From Pseudomonadota bacterium (lineage in GTDB: Bacteria; Desulfobacterota; Desulfobacteria; Desulfobacterales; RPRI01): a stretch of DNA of 64,000 nucleotides. Positions 1-9,720 of the stretch are shown piece by piece. Location of the stretch: NCBI GenBank assembly GCA_043825875.1, contig JBDRRF010000111.1:21357-85356 (forward strand), read 5' to 3'. The notes below the pieces were generated by a model. It saw only the letters and a list, made by a program, of their open reading frames with translations, had not been told where the DNA came from and did no database searches. Within the stretch, counting starts at the first letter, position 1, and each line of letters starts with the position of its first letter. The position numbers and the translations under genes are program-made.

Positions 1-1
1 A

Positions 2-1066
2 ATAGTAAAAGATCGGGTGGTTGTTATCGGTGGTGGAAATGTAGCGATTGATGTTGCGATGACTGCTTTAAGGCTGGGCGCAAAAGATGTCCGAATGATT
101 TGCTTGGAAAAGAAAGAAGAGATGCCTGCACATAAATGGGAAATCGCCCAGGCGGAAGAAGAAGGAATAAAAATAGATACATCATGGGGACCGAGAAAGA
201 TCCTTAATAATAATGGTTGTGTTTCCGGAATAGAACTAATCCGTTGCGAAAGTGTTTTTGATGATGCCTGCGTATTCAATCCTTCCTTTGACGAAGATGA
301 TATCAAAACTATTGAATGTGACAGTGTGATCTTAGCAATCGGACAGGCTTCCGATTTATCAATTATCAATGATATACCGGACATTAAAACCTCCAGGGGC
401 ATTATCTCAACGGATAAAGACCAATATACAGGCGTAGATGGTGTTTTTGCAGGAGGAGATGTAGCCATGGCACCCGGTTCAGTTGTGGATGCCGTGAGGA
501 TGGGCAGAAATGCATCAGTTGCCATTGATAAATATCTTGGTGGAGAGGGAAATATTGAAGAAGTACTTACCGAGCCGGAACCAAGAAATCCTAAAATGGG
601 AAAAGCTGAAGGATTTGGTAATTGGTCCAGAGCTGGTGCGACATGCATTCCTGTGGAAGAACGTAAAAATAATTTTAATCTTGTTGAGCAGGTATACAGT
701 AAGGAAGAAGCAATCAAGGAAGCAAGCCGTTGCATGCAATGTGATTTAAGGCTTGAGATTTGTGGTATAACTTCACCTCCGGAACATTACCTTGAATTCA
801 ATGCTGAAAATGTCGGCAATGTTCCTGAAGTATCCGGGGTTTTTCAGCTTTTAGATAATGATAAAAAAGTAACCACGATTAAAGGCGCAATGAATATTAA
901 AGAAGCGCTTGATGAGGCAATCGAAGGAAATAATGATGCCGCATGGTTTGAATGGGAAGCGGATGAAATGTTTACAAAGAGGGAAAGCGAGCTCATTCAG
1001 CAATATATGCAAAAATACGGTGAAATGCCCGGAGGCGGTATGGACGAGCTTGATGACCTGTTTTAG
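2..1066 (+). CDS. thnG: FAD/NAD(P)-dependent oxidoreductase, GltD/BzdV-like, 5'-truncated by the window edge, with a small extra C-terminal domain
   Basis: Frame is open from base 2 (IVKDRVVVIGGGNVAID); motifs GGGNVAxD, VILAIGQ, GVFAGGD, EAxRCxxC. Symbol from recalled thn gene order only. Confidence 0.75.
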   Translation: MVKDRVVVIGGGNVAIDVAMTALRLGAKDVRMICLEKKEEMPAHKWEIAQAEEEGIKIDTSWGPRKILNNNGCVSGIELIRCESVFDDACVFNPSFDEDDIKTIECDSVILAIGQASDLSIINDIPDIKTSRGIISTDKDQYTGVDGVFAGGDVAMAPGSVVDAVRMGRNASVAIDKYLGGEGNIEEVLTEPEPRNPKMGKAEGFGNWSRAGATCIPVEERKNNFNLVEQVYSKEEAIKEASRCMQCDLRLEICGITSPPEHYLEFNAENVGNVPEVSGVFQLLDNDKKVTTIKGAMNIKEALDEAIEGNNDAAWFEWEADEMFTKRESELIQQYMQKYGEMPGGGMDELDDLF

Positions 1067-1124
1067 AAACTAAGGGTATGCACATATAATATCAAGTTGA
1101 TTTAGTATGTTAATATTATGATAC

Positions 1125-1153
1125 AGCGTGTCAAGCTAATTTCTTGACACGCT
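1125..1153. promoter_or_regulatory. Perfect 11-bp inverted repeat (AGCGTGTCAAG-N7-CTTGACACGCT); terminator or operator
   Basis: Read directly between the first gene and the MaoC gene; each arm contains TTGACA on one strand. Confidence 0.45.
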
Positions 1154-1240
1154 AAAAAATATAATCCATATTCAAATATTATTTAGCGTTTAAGTTCCTT
1201 AAGAAAGAAATAATAATATCGAGTTGTTGTGAGGAGCAAA

Positions 1241-1678
1241 ATGAAGGAAATCTTATATGATGATCTGATTAAAGGTATGCAATTACCTGATATGACTTAT
1301 TCTTTAACAGATGATGTTATAGATAAATATTTAGAAGCAATTGACGATCTCAACCCGCTTTACCTCGATGAAGAGTACGCAAAAAAAACACCATTGAACG
1401 GCTGTATTGTTCCGCCCATTTCAATGGCGATTTACAGTACTGTAAGCAGTGTTATTAAGCCTTTAAATGTAAAAACACCGCCCGGATTGATACATGCAAG
1501 GCAAAGATTTGAATTTACAGGATTGGTCAGGCCTGGCGATGAATTATTAATTAAAACAATTGTAGAAGACAAATATGAAAAAAAGGGACGAAAATACGTT
1601 GTCTTTAAATCAGAAGTATTTAACAAGGATGGTCAAAAGATTGGTGCAAGCTGGCTAAGTCCCATATGGCCCAAGTGA
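1241..1678 (+). CDS. thnH: MaoC-family (hot-dog fold) dehydratase subunit
   Basis: DxNPLYxDEEYAK..., HARQRFEF, VRPGD; ATG at 1241 follows GAGGAG (preferred over GTG 1229). Confidence 0.8.
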   Translation: MKEILYDDLIKGMQLPDMTYSLTDDVIDKYLEAIDDLNPLYLDEEYAKKTPLNGCIVPPISMAIYSTVSSVIKPLNVKTPPGLIHARQRFEFTGLVRPGDELLIKTIVEDKYEKKGRKYVVFKSEVFNKDGQKIGASWLSPIWPK

Positions 1679-1699
1679 TATAATATCAGGAGAAGGGGT

Positions 1700-2134
1700 A
1701 TGAGTGGTTATATAACTTTTGAAGAATTAAACATTGGGGAAGATCTGACTCCGGTAATAAAAAAAATGACGCAGGAAAAGATCAACAGATATGTAAGCAT
1801 TGCAGAAGATTACAATCCTATTCATACTGATGAGGAATTTGCAAAGAAAACTCCGTTTAAGGGGATAATTGCTCCCGGGTATCAGACCATGGCTTATATT
1901 TCCGAATTAATGAGCCGGGATTTTGGTAATGCCTGGTATACAAGCGGAAAAATGGATATCAGAATGGTAAAGGTCGTAAGACCTGGTGATTTATTGACTG
2001 CCAGAGCTAAAGTAGTAGATAAAAAAGAAGAAGAAGGGAAAAACATTGCGGTTTTTGAAGTACGTTTGACAAATCAAAACAATGAAGATGTAATCATCGG
2101 AAATGCAGAGGCAGCGTTTCCTAAAAATAATTAA
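1700..2134 (+). CDS. thnI: MaoC-family (R)-specific enoyl-CoA hydratase
   Basis: Catalytic DYNPIH motif, IIAPG, VRPGD. Confidence 0.85.
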   Translation: MSGYITFEELNIGEDLTPVIKKMTQEKINRYVSIAEDYNPIHTDEEFAKKTPFKGIIAPGYQTMAYISELMSRDFGNAWYTSGKMDIRMVKVVRPGDLLTARAKVVDKKEEEGKNIAVFEVRLTNQNNEDVIIGNAEAAFPKNN

Positions 2135-2254
2135 TTCATTAAATTTACTTTCAGATTACTGAAGTATTTCACATATTGTTTTTACGAGACTGAATCGAGA
2201 CAATTAAGGTCAAACAATTTTGTAATTTAAGTTTAAAAAAAAGGAGAATTAAAT

Positions 2255-3583
2255 ATGGCAGAACTGTTGGATTATCAGGATGTAGTATTGATTGACGGAG
2301 CAAGAACTCCTATTGGAAAGTTTGGAGGCTCTTTAAAGGATTTATTGGTATGGCAGATGGGCGCTATGGCTATAAAGGGTGTTGTGGAAAGAACCGGAAT
2401 AGATCCGGAACTGATTGATGAAGTAATAATGTCACATACCAGACAGGATGGGACAGGAACCAACCCTGCCCGTAACATGATGCTTTTTGCCGGCCTGCCT
2501 AAAAAGATTCCGGCACATACGGTAAATATGGTTTGTGCTGCCGGCTTGAAGGCTATACATCTGGCTGTTCAATCAATTCGCACAGGTGAAACCGAAGTGG
2601 CGATTGTAGGTGGATCCGAGAGCATGAGCAATATTCCTCATATGTTAAGGGGTGCCCGCTGGCGTCCTCTTGGAAGATTGAATAATATTTCAATCGATGA
2701 CGCTTTTTTATATCTTTCAGATAATTACAGCAAACTGACTCCCGGACTTACCGCCGAACGTTGCAGTGAAAGACACGGACTCACCAAAGAAGAAAATGAT
2801 CAGATAGGTTATGAGAGCCATGTTAAAGCTGCTAAATCCTGGGCTGATGGCGTTTTCGACGATGAGGTTTTTCCGGTAGAAATACCGGCTGAACCCGTTA
2901 GGGGAGGACATAAACCTTTTACTTTATATTCCGATGAGTGCTATAGAAAAGATGCTACTATAGAAGGCATGCGAAAACTTGGTACACCTTTTAAAAAAGA
3001 CGGAACAATAACTGCAGGAAGCTCATCGGGTATCACCGACGGAGCTGGAGCTTCATTGATAATGTCACGTAAAAAGGCTGAGGAATTGGGTCTTAAACCT
3101 ATAGCTTCTTTTGTTGATTTCCTCTTTTACGGACTGGAACCTGCAGATTTTCCGGATGGACCAGGACTTTCAATTCCGGTAATACTTAAAAGAAACAATA
3201 TGACTTTAGATGATATGAAGTATGTAGAAATTAATGAGGCTTTCGGAGCTGTGTGTCTTGCTGCTGAGAAAATGATGAACTGGAAAGATCGCGAAAAGAT
3301 GAATCCTCATGGCGGCTGTATTGCTCTTGGACATCCAACAGGCTACAGCGGTGCTCGTCTGACTTTACATCTTGCCCATACCTTGAATAAAGGTGAATAT
3401 GGTTTAGCATGCCTTTGTGGTGGTGGCGGCATGGCCGGCAATATGATATTAAAGAGTGAAAGAGATCCTGATCAGACATATAAAAAGATTGTTGTGGGTC
3501 TTGATGAGAAAACAGGAATGGCTGTTGCAAGAGAGCCATCTGCGGAAGATCTGGAAAAAATGAAAAATCATGAGATCACCTGA
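2255..3583 (+). CDS. thnJ: Thiolase (acetyl-CoA C-acyltransferase) with C-terminal extension
   Basis: RTPIGKFGG, VNMVC(AAG), NEAF, GHPTG, CGGGG motifs. Confidence 0.9.
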   Translation: MAELLDYQDVVLIDGARTPIGKFGGSLKDLLVWQMGAMAIKGVVERTGIDPELIDEVIMSHTRQDGTGTNPARNMMLFAGLPKKIPAHTVNMVCAAGLKAIHLAVQSIRTGETEVAIVGGSESMSNIPHMLRGARWRPLGRLNNISIDDAFLYLSDNYSKLTPGLTAERCSERHGLTKEENDQIGYESHVKAAKSWADGVFDDEVFPVEIPAEPVRGGHKPFTLYSDECYRKDATIEGMRKLGTPFKKDGTITAGSSSGITDGAGASLIMSRKKAEELGLKPIASFVDFLFYGLEPADFPDGPGLSIPVILKRNNMTLDDMKYVEINEAFGAVCLAAEKMMNWKDREKMNPHGGCIALGHPTGYSGARLTLHLAHTLNKGEYGLACLCGGGGMAGNMILKSERDPDQTYKKIVVGLDEKTGMAVAREPSAEDLEKMKNHEIT

Positions 3584-3635
3584 TAGAAATATTATATAGG
3601 TCGATAAATAAAATATATACCAAGGAGGTTTAAAC

Positions 3636-4490
3636 ATGGCTATAGAAAAAGTTGCAGTAATAGGTATGGGCCTTATGGGCGCCGGAATCGCTCAGGTTTA
3701 TGCAGAGGGTGGATGTGATGTATATGTTACTGATATCTCTGAAGACTATATAAAAAAAGGAATGGCCAGCATTGATAAGTTTCTGTCCAAATCTGTGGCT
3801 AAAGGCAAGATGGATGAAGCTAGAAAGGCGGAAATTTTAGCAAAGATCAAGCCTATTAAAGATATTAGCGAAGCAAAAGATATTGATCTTGCTCAGGAAG
3901 CTGTTCCTGAAGATATGGAGCTTAAAAAGAAAATTCACAAGCAGCTTGATGAAGTTCTTCCCCCGAATGTTATTCTTGCAATCTGTACCTCGGCTCTTTG
4001 CGTTAGTGAAATTGCCGGAGCTACAAAAAGACAGGATAAGGTTATCGGAACCCATTTTCACAGTCCTGCCCAGGTTATGAAGATGGTTGAAGTTATTCGC
4101 GGATTGAATACTTCTGATGAGACAGTAAAAGATATAAACGATATATTGGTAAAATGCGGCAAGAACGCCATTAATGTAATGGACTCACCCGGATTTATTA
4201 CCAGCCGTGTATGGTGTCCTTTTGGAATGGCTGCTATCCAGACACTTACGGAAGGAATTGCTTCTAAAGAAGATATTGATGCAGCTCTTCAGGAAGGATT
4301 CCATCATCCAATGGGTCCGCTTAAACTTATGGACATTATCGGATTAGACGTAATGCTGCACGCAGCTTTAGATCTGGAGAAGAATTTTGGGCCTGCCTAC
4401 TCACCTCCTCCTCTTTTGAAGAGAATGGTTGCAGCAGGTCAGCTTGGTGTTAAAACAGGTAAGGGATTTTACGATTATCCAAAGAAGTAA
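3636..4490 (+). CDS. thnK: 3-hydroxyacyl-CoA dehydrogenase
   Basis: [11 protein letters not shown]ossmann motif, EAVPE, GTHF, PMGP, [11 protein letters not shown]. Confidence 0.92.
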   Translation: MAIEKVAVIGMGLMGAGIAQVYAEGGCDVYVTDISEDYIKKGMASIDKFLSKSVAKGKMDEARKAEILAKIKPIKDISEAKDIDLAQEAVPEDMELKKKIHKQLDEVLPPNVILAICTSALCVSEIAGATKRQDKVIGTHFHSPAQVMKMVEVIRGLNTSDETVKDINDILVKCGKNAINVMDSPGFITSRVWCPFGMAAIQTLTEGIASKEDIDAALQEGFHHPMGPLKLMDIIGLDVMLHAALDLEKNFGPAYSPPPLLKRMVAAGQLGVKTGKGFYDYPKK

Positions 4491-4522
4491 TTAATATTTT
4501 TTTAATATTGGGGTATTTATTC

Positions 4523-4558
4523 CCCGCCGCTTGCAGGTGTGAATTTGCAAGCGGCGGG
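4523..4558 (+). terminator. GC-rich 13-bp hairpin (terminator or mRNA-stabilising structure)
   Basis: CCCGCCGCTTGCA-N10-TGCAAGCGGCGGG, followed by a T-rich tract. Confidence 0.6.
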
Positions 4559-4678
4559 TCTATTCTGTTTTTTCTGATCGTATCCCTTTTGCAAGTCGGG
4601 ACACAACAGATTAATGATGCTTTTAAAAGTTTTATTTAGTTCGTCTTAGCATGCTAAATAAATGGGATGTAGAATAAA

Positions 4679-5458
4679 ATGGCTTATAATAATATATTGT
4701 ATGAGATTGAAGATGGTGTTGCAAAACTGACATTAAATATACCTGAAAAGATGAATCGCTTAAGCAACGAAACCATGAAAGAAGTAGTTGCCGCTTTAGA
4801 TGAAGCAAAAGCCGATGATTCGGTAAGAGTTGTTGTTATTGGGGCTGCAGGCGATCAGGCCTTTTGTGCCGGAGCTAATCTTGCTGATTTTCAAGGTCTA
4901 TCACCTGTTGAAAGCCGTAAGGTTTTTTCCGCTTTTGCGGATCTTTCCAGAATTTTTATTAATCTTGGGAAACCATCAATTTCTGCGGTAAATGGACTGG
5001 CTCTTGCGGGTGGTTTTGGGTTGGCACTTTATCCTGATATCACGATTGCTTCTGAAAATGCAAAATTCGGTCTTCCTGAAATTAATGTCGGAGTCTGGTC
5101 TTGCATGGTTTCCGCTTCGCTGCCAAAGCTTGTTGGAAGAAAAAAAGCTCTGGAATTGCTGATGACAGGCGATATGATTGATGCCAAAGAAGCTGAAAGA
5201 ATCGGTCTTGTCAATAAAGTTGTTGCTCACGATAAACTGGAAGAAACCGTTATGGCTCTTGCCAAAAAGATCAGCAAAAAGAGCCCGGTAGTAATGAGCT
5301 TAGGACGTGATTCATACTATACAATGCTTGATATGGAATATGACAAGGCTGTTAGCTACCTTTTGGAAATTCTGGCAATAATTGTAAGTACCGAAGACTG
5401 CCAGGAGGGTGTAACGGCTTTTACTGAAAAAAGAAAACCGGTCTGGAAGGGAAAATAA
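4679..5458 (+). CDS. thnL: Enoyl-CoA hydratase/isomerase (crotonase family)
   Basis: AFCAGANL, VNGLALAGG, FGLPEI, EGVTAFTEKRKP. Confidence 0.9.
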   Translation: MAYNNILYEIEDGVAKLTLNIPEKMNRLSNETMKEVVAALDEAKADDSVRVVVIGAAGDQAFCAGANLADFQGLSPVESRKVFSAFADLSRIFINLGKPSISAVNGLALAGGFGLALYPDITIASENAKFGLPEINVGVWSCMVSASLPKLVGRKKALELLMTGDMIDAKEAERIGLVNKVVAHDKLEETVMALAKKISKKSPVVMSLGRDSYYTMLDMEYDKAVSYLLEILAIIVSTEDCQEGVTAFTEKRKPVWKGK

Positions 5459-5465
5459 AAATAAT

Positions 5466-6263
5466 ATGGCGGAAAAATCGGCAAAAAATGAAGGGGTAGT
5501 ACTTCTTTCAATACGCGAGCATGTCGCTGTTGTTACGTTAAACCGTCCTGAAGCAATGAACAGCTTAAACAGCGCTGTCTTTTCCGGTTTGAAAAAGATA
5601 ATTGATGACATGGAAAAAGACGATGAAATTCGCGCAATTATTATAACCGGTGCAGGTGATAAAGCTTTTTGTGCAGGAATTGATCTTCGTGAACGAAAGG
5701 GAATGAGCAGCAAAGAGGTTAATTCCTTAAGAAGTGATATAATCTTTCCATGTTTTAAGAGCCTGGAAGATATGAAAAAACCTTTGATCGGAGCAATAAA
5801 CGGTCTTTCTCTAGGCGGTGGTGCTGAAATAGCTCTGATGTGCGATATAAGAATCGCCTCGAAAAATGCCCGCTTCGGACAGACAGAAGTAAAATGGGCA
5901 ATTATTCCGGCAGCAGGCGCCTGTCAGCGCTTGCCGGCACTTATAGGCTTGGGAAGAGCAAAAGAATTGCTTCTTACAGGAAGAATTATAGATGCAGCAG
6001 AAGGAGAGAAGATAGGATTGTTCAATCATATTACAAGTCAGGATGACTTGATGCAAAAGTCATATGAGATAGCAGATATGATCGGAGAAAACGGTCCTGT
6101 TGCTGTAAGACAGATTAAAAAAGCGGTTGATCTTGGCGCTAAAAATGTGCTTGCCCTTGCTTTTGACAGTGAAGCGTCCGAAGCATGTTATCATACCCAG
6201 GATCGCCTTGAAGGAATAGCGGCTTTTAATGAAAAGAGAAAGCCTAAATATAGCGGAATATAA
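5466..6263 (+). CDS. thnM: Enoyl-CoA hydratase/isomerase (crotonase family)
   Basis: LNRPEAMN, AFCAGIDL, GGGAE, FGQTE. Confidence 0.9.
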   Translation: MAEKSAKNEGVVLLSIREHVAVVTLNRPEAMNSLNSAVFSGLKKIIDDMEKDDEIRAIIITGAGDKAFCAGIDLRERKGMSSKEVNSLRSDIIFPCFKSLEDMKKPLIGAINGLSLGGGAEIALMCDIRIASKNARFGQTEVKWAIIPAAGACQRLPALIGLGRAKELLLTGRIIDAAEGEKIGLFNHITSQDDLMQKSYEIADMIGENGPVAVRQIKKAVDLGAKNVLALAFDSEASEACYHTQDRLEGIAAFNEKRKPKYSGI

Positions 6264-6309
6264 CCTTTGTTATAACACAATATGTTAGCAACACAAGGAG
6301 GACAAGTTT

Positions 6310-7239
6310 ATGGAAGATATTAAAGCAATAGATATAATGAATTATCCCATTCAGGTTAAAAGTATTGTTGATTATGATTTCAACAAATACGAAGAATGGG
6401 CGATGATGGCTAAAACTACATTTAAGCCTTTTTTCCCGTTGGGACGTTTTCCTAATACGCCGGAAGAGTTGGAACAGCATAAGCACCTTTATGGGACATC
6501 ATTTTATCCTTTTGAGACTGTAGATAAATTTATTGCTGCAATGGATAAGGACGGATACGACAGAGTTTGCATAGCAGCGGTTAAGATGTGGTCTTTCAGA
6601 AAAAGTTTCAGCCTGATTTTTGATTTTACTATTGACCAGGTTAATGAGATGGTCAAGCAGGGTAAGGGCCGGATAATAGGAGTTGCCGGTTACAATCCAT
6701 TCAGAATAGATGAAAGTCTTACTGATATTGAAAAATCGGTTAAAGAATATGGTTTTAAATTTGTTTATGCACATCCGATTACTTTCGGTTTACCTTTTAA
6801 TGACAAGAAAATGTATCCACTTTATGGCCTTTGCAGCTCACTTAAAATTCCTGTTTCCATGCAGGTTGGGCACAGTGCTGAACCTCTTCCAAGCTGGGTG
6901 GGAAGTCCCATGACAGTTGATGAGGTTGTGATGGATTTTCCGGATCTTAAGATAAATCTTTCCCACACTGGTTTCCCATGGATTAATGAATGGATCGATC
7001 TGGTCTGGAAACATCCCAATGTTTATGGTGATATTGCAGCATATATGCCCAAAAACCTTGATCCTGAGATAATCAAGTTTATGACAAGCGGAAGAGGGAA
7101 CAGCAAGGTTATGTGGGGCAGCAATGGTATAGGCTTAACGCATGGCAAGCACCAACTTATGGAAATGGACATGAAGGATAAATATAAGGAAAATATCCTT
7201 CGTAATAATGCCTTAAGGTTTATGGGACTGGATAGCTAA
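6310..7239 (+). CDS. thnN: Amidohydrolase_2-family metal-dependent hydrolase/decarboxylase
   Basis: YAHP, PVSMQVGH, FPDLKINLSHTGFPW, HPNVYGD, KVMWGSN, ILRNNALR pattern. Confidence 0.85.
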   Translation: MEDIKAIDIMNYPIQVKSIVDYDFNKYEEWAMMAKTTFKPFFPLGRFPNTPEELEQHKHLYGTSFYPFETVDKFIAAMDKDGYDRVCIAAVKMWSFRKSFSLIFDFTIDQVNEMVKQGKGRIIGVAGYNPFRIDESLTDIEKSVKEYGFKFVYAHPITFGLPFNDKKMYPLYGLCSSLKIPVSMQVGHSAEPLPSWVGSPMTVDEVVMDFPDLKINLSHTGFPWINEWIDLVWKHPNVYGDIAAYMPKNLDPEIIKFMTSGRGNSKVMWGSNGIGLTHGKHQLMEMDMKDKYKENILRNNALRFMGLDS

Positions 7240-7259
7240 TTTAAAGAAGAGGTTAAAAT

Positions 7260-8405
7260 ATGGATTTTCAATTAGATTCTGAACTTGTTCAGATTCAAGA
7301 TACTGTAAGAAAATTTTGCGAAAAAGAAGTAACTCCGCATGCTGAAGAATGGGAAAAAAATGAATTTTTCCCTCGTGAAACAATTAGAAAAATGGGTGGG
7401 CTTGGTTTTTTTGCTTCCCCGTTTCCGGAACAATACGGCGGTACTGAGTTGGGATTTTTAGCCAATATCATTGTCGCCGAAGAACTTGGAAGAGCATCGC
7501 TAGGCCTTGCCTGTTGCCTTAATATGCAAAGTGGTACATGCCCGATGACTCTTTTGTTAAATGGTAATGAAGAACAAAAGGAGAAGTTTCTTCCTGGAAT
7601 AATAAGCGGCGAGCTTTTAGGTTGTTTTGCAGTTACAGAACCGAATGCTGCAACCGATGTGGCTGGTATAGAAACAAAAGCCATCAAAGACGGGGATCAT
7701 TATATTTTAAATGGTTCAAAAATGTGGATTACACATTCATCCGTATTTGATGTAGGAATTTGTTTTGCAAAAACTGACCCAAGCCAAAGACATAAGGGAT
7801 TATCTGCGTTTATTATTGAAAAAGGCATGGAAGGTATGACCGGGATGGCTGAAAAGGATAAGCTTGGTGTTCGCTCTTCCGATACAGGCCAGATAGTTTT
7901 TGAAGATGTGAAGGTACCGAAAGAAAACCTGATTGGTGAAGAAGGTCAGGGTTTTAAAATTGCGGAAAGTGCCTTAACATACGGAAGAGCAAATATTGCC
8001 GGCAGATCTCTTGGAATCGGTCAGGCAGCAGTGGATGCCGCTTTAAAATATGCAAATGAGAGAGAGCAGTTCGGAAAGAAAATCGGTTTTTTCCAGATGA
8101 ACAAGCAGATTATTGCAGATATGGTAGCAGAAATCGATGCTTCAAGATTGCTTGTGTACCGTGCGGCCTGGTTGCAGGATCAAAAAAGGCCAAGTTCAAA
8201 TGAGAGCACCATTGCAAAATTTTATGCATCTGAAGCAGCGGTTAGAGCGGTTATCGGAGCAGCTAAGATTCATGGTGCTTACACTTATTCTTCCGAATAT
8301 CCGGTAGCAAGATTGTACCGTGATGTTATGCTGATGACGGCCGGTGAAGGAACATCGAATATTCAAAGATTAATAATCGCCAACAATGCGTTAGGCTGGA
8401 AGTAA
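7260..8405 (+). CDS. thnO: Acyl-CoA dehydrogenase
   Basis: FAVTEPNAATD, LNGSKMWIT, REQFGKKI, GEGTSNIQR. Confidence 0.92.
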   Translation: MDFQLDSELVQIQDTVRKFCEKEVTPHAEEWEKNEFFPRETIRKMGGLGFFASPFPEQYGGTELGFLANIIVAEELGRASLGLACCLNMQSGTCPMTLLLNGNEEQKEKFLPGIISGELLGCFAVTEPNAATDVAGIETKAIKDGDHYILNGSKMWITHSSVFDVGICFAKTDPSQRHKGLSAFIIEKGMEGMTGMAEKDKLGVRSSDTGQIVFEDVKVPKENLIGEEGQGFKIAESALTYGRANIAGRSLGIGQAAVDAALKYANEREQFGKKIGFFQMNKQIIADMVAEIDASRLLVYRAAWLQDQKRPSSNESTIAKFYASEAAVRAVIGAAKIHGAYTYSSEYPVARLYRDVMLMTAGEGTSNIQRLIIANNALGWK

Positions 8406-8414
8406 GCGGTTTAT

Positions 8415-9707
8415 ATGAAATATGGGAATCAACCTAAAACAGGTAAAATAAGTATTTCAGATGCTATAGGTATGATCAAGAGCGGCCAGCGGGTTTCGTT
8501 GAGCCCTGTATGTGCTGAGCCGCTCAATTTAGTTAAAGAACTGATTGATCAGAAGGATAGGCTTGAAAATGTTACCCTTTATACCATGATGCCTATGGGG
8601 GACTGTGAATATTCCGGTCCGGATATGTTAAAGCACTTTAATGTAAAAGTGTTTTCCGTTGGTCCCAAATTGATGAAGGCTTTAAATCAAGGTTATGCCG
8701 AATATATTCCCTGCCATCTTTCCCAGATACCGTTTTTTTTCAGGGAACGTCTTATAGAATCTGATATAGCACTTGTTCAGATGTCGACTCCGGACAATCA
8801 TGGATATTGCAGCCTTGGAGTTAGTGTAAGCTACATCAGGCCGGTGATAGATAATGCAAAAATTGTTATAGCCGAAATCAATGACCAGCTACCCAGAACT
8901 CTGGGTGACTCTATGGTACATATTTCTCAGGTGGATTATATTGTTGAAACTTCACATCCGATACCGACCATTCCTGTTCCAAAGATTGGAGCCATTGAAA
9001 CAAAGATAGCCCAAATAACGGCAGATCTTGTTCCGGACGGGGCGGCAGTCCAGGTTGGGATCGGGAACATAGCGGATGCAATACTTCAGCAACTGACCTC
9101 AAAAAAGAATCTGACCATACATACAGGGACTTTTTCGGACGGTGCTGTGGCATTGGCAAAATCGGGTGCTCTTGACGGCATGAAAGGCCAGCCGGAAAGC
9201 GGCAGAATGACTACTACCGAATTAATCGGTACAACCGAATTATATGAATTTTGCCATAACAATCCTCTGGTTTCTCTTCGTCCCATAGATTTTACGCATA
9301 ATATTAACGTGTTGAGTCAGATCAATAATTTGATAAGTGTGACCGCAGGTATTGAGATAGATCTTTCAGGTCAGGTTAATGCGGAAATGCGTGGTAAAAC
9401 CCTTGTAAATGGTGTTGGCGGACAGCTTGATTTTGTCCGGGGTGCAGGAGCATCGTTTGGGGGAAAGTCGATAGTAGTTTTTCCATCCACTGCAAAAAAA
9501 GGAGAAATATCCCGGATTGTGCCGAAACTTGGTGCAGGAGTTACAGCGACTGTTGGCAGGGCAGATATAGACTATGTAATTACTGAATTTGGTGTTGCGC
9601 ATCTTAGAGGCAAAACTCTTTCGGAAAGAGCAAGAGAATTGATTGCTATAGCCCATCCGGATTTTCGAGAAGAACTTAAAAGTGCTTTCAATAAGATAAA
9701 CAGTTAG
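8415..9707 (+). CDS. thnP: Acetyl-CoA hydrolase/CoA transferase (4-hydroxybutyrate CoA-transferase-like)
   Basis: QVGIGNI, EIDLSGQVNAE, GVGGQLDF, VITEFG, IAHPDFR. Confidence 0.88.
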   Translation: MKYGNQPKTGKISISDAIGMIKSGQRVSLSPVCAEPLNLVKELIDQKDRLENVTLYTMMPMGDCEYSGPDMLKHFNVKVFSVGPKLMKALNQGYAEYIPCHLSQIPFFFRERLIESDIALVQMSTPDNHGYCSLGVSVSYIRPVIDNAKIVIAEINDQLPRTLGDSMVHISQVDYIVETSHPIPTIPVPKIGAIETKIAQITADLVPDGAAVQVGIGNIADAILQQLTSKKNLTIHTGTFSDGAVALAKSGALDGMKGQPESGRMTTTELIGTTELYEFCHNNPLVSLRPIDFTHNINVLSQINNLISVTAGIEIDLSGQVNAEMRGKTLVNGVGGQLDFVRGAGASFGGKSIVVFPSTAKKGEISRIVPKLGAGVTATVGRADIDYVITEFGVAHLRGKTLSERARELIAIAHPDFREELKSAFNKINS

Positions 9708-9720
9708 GAGGATAAAAGAT

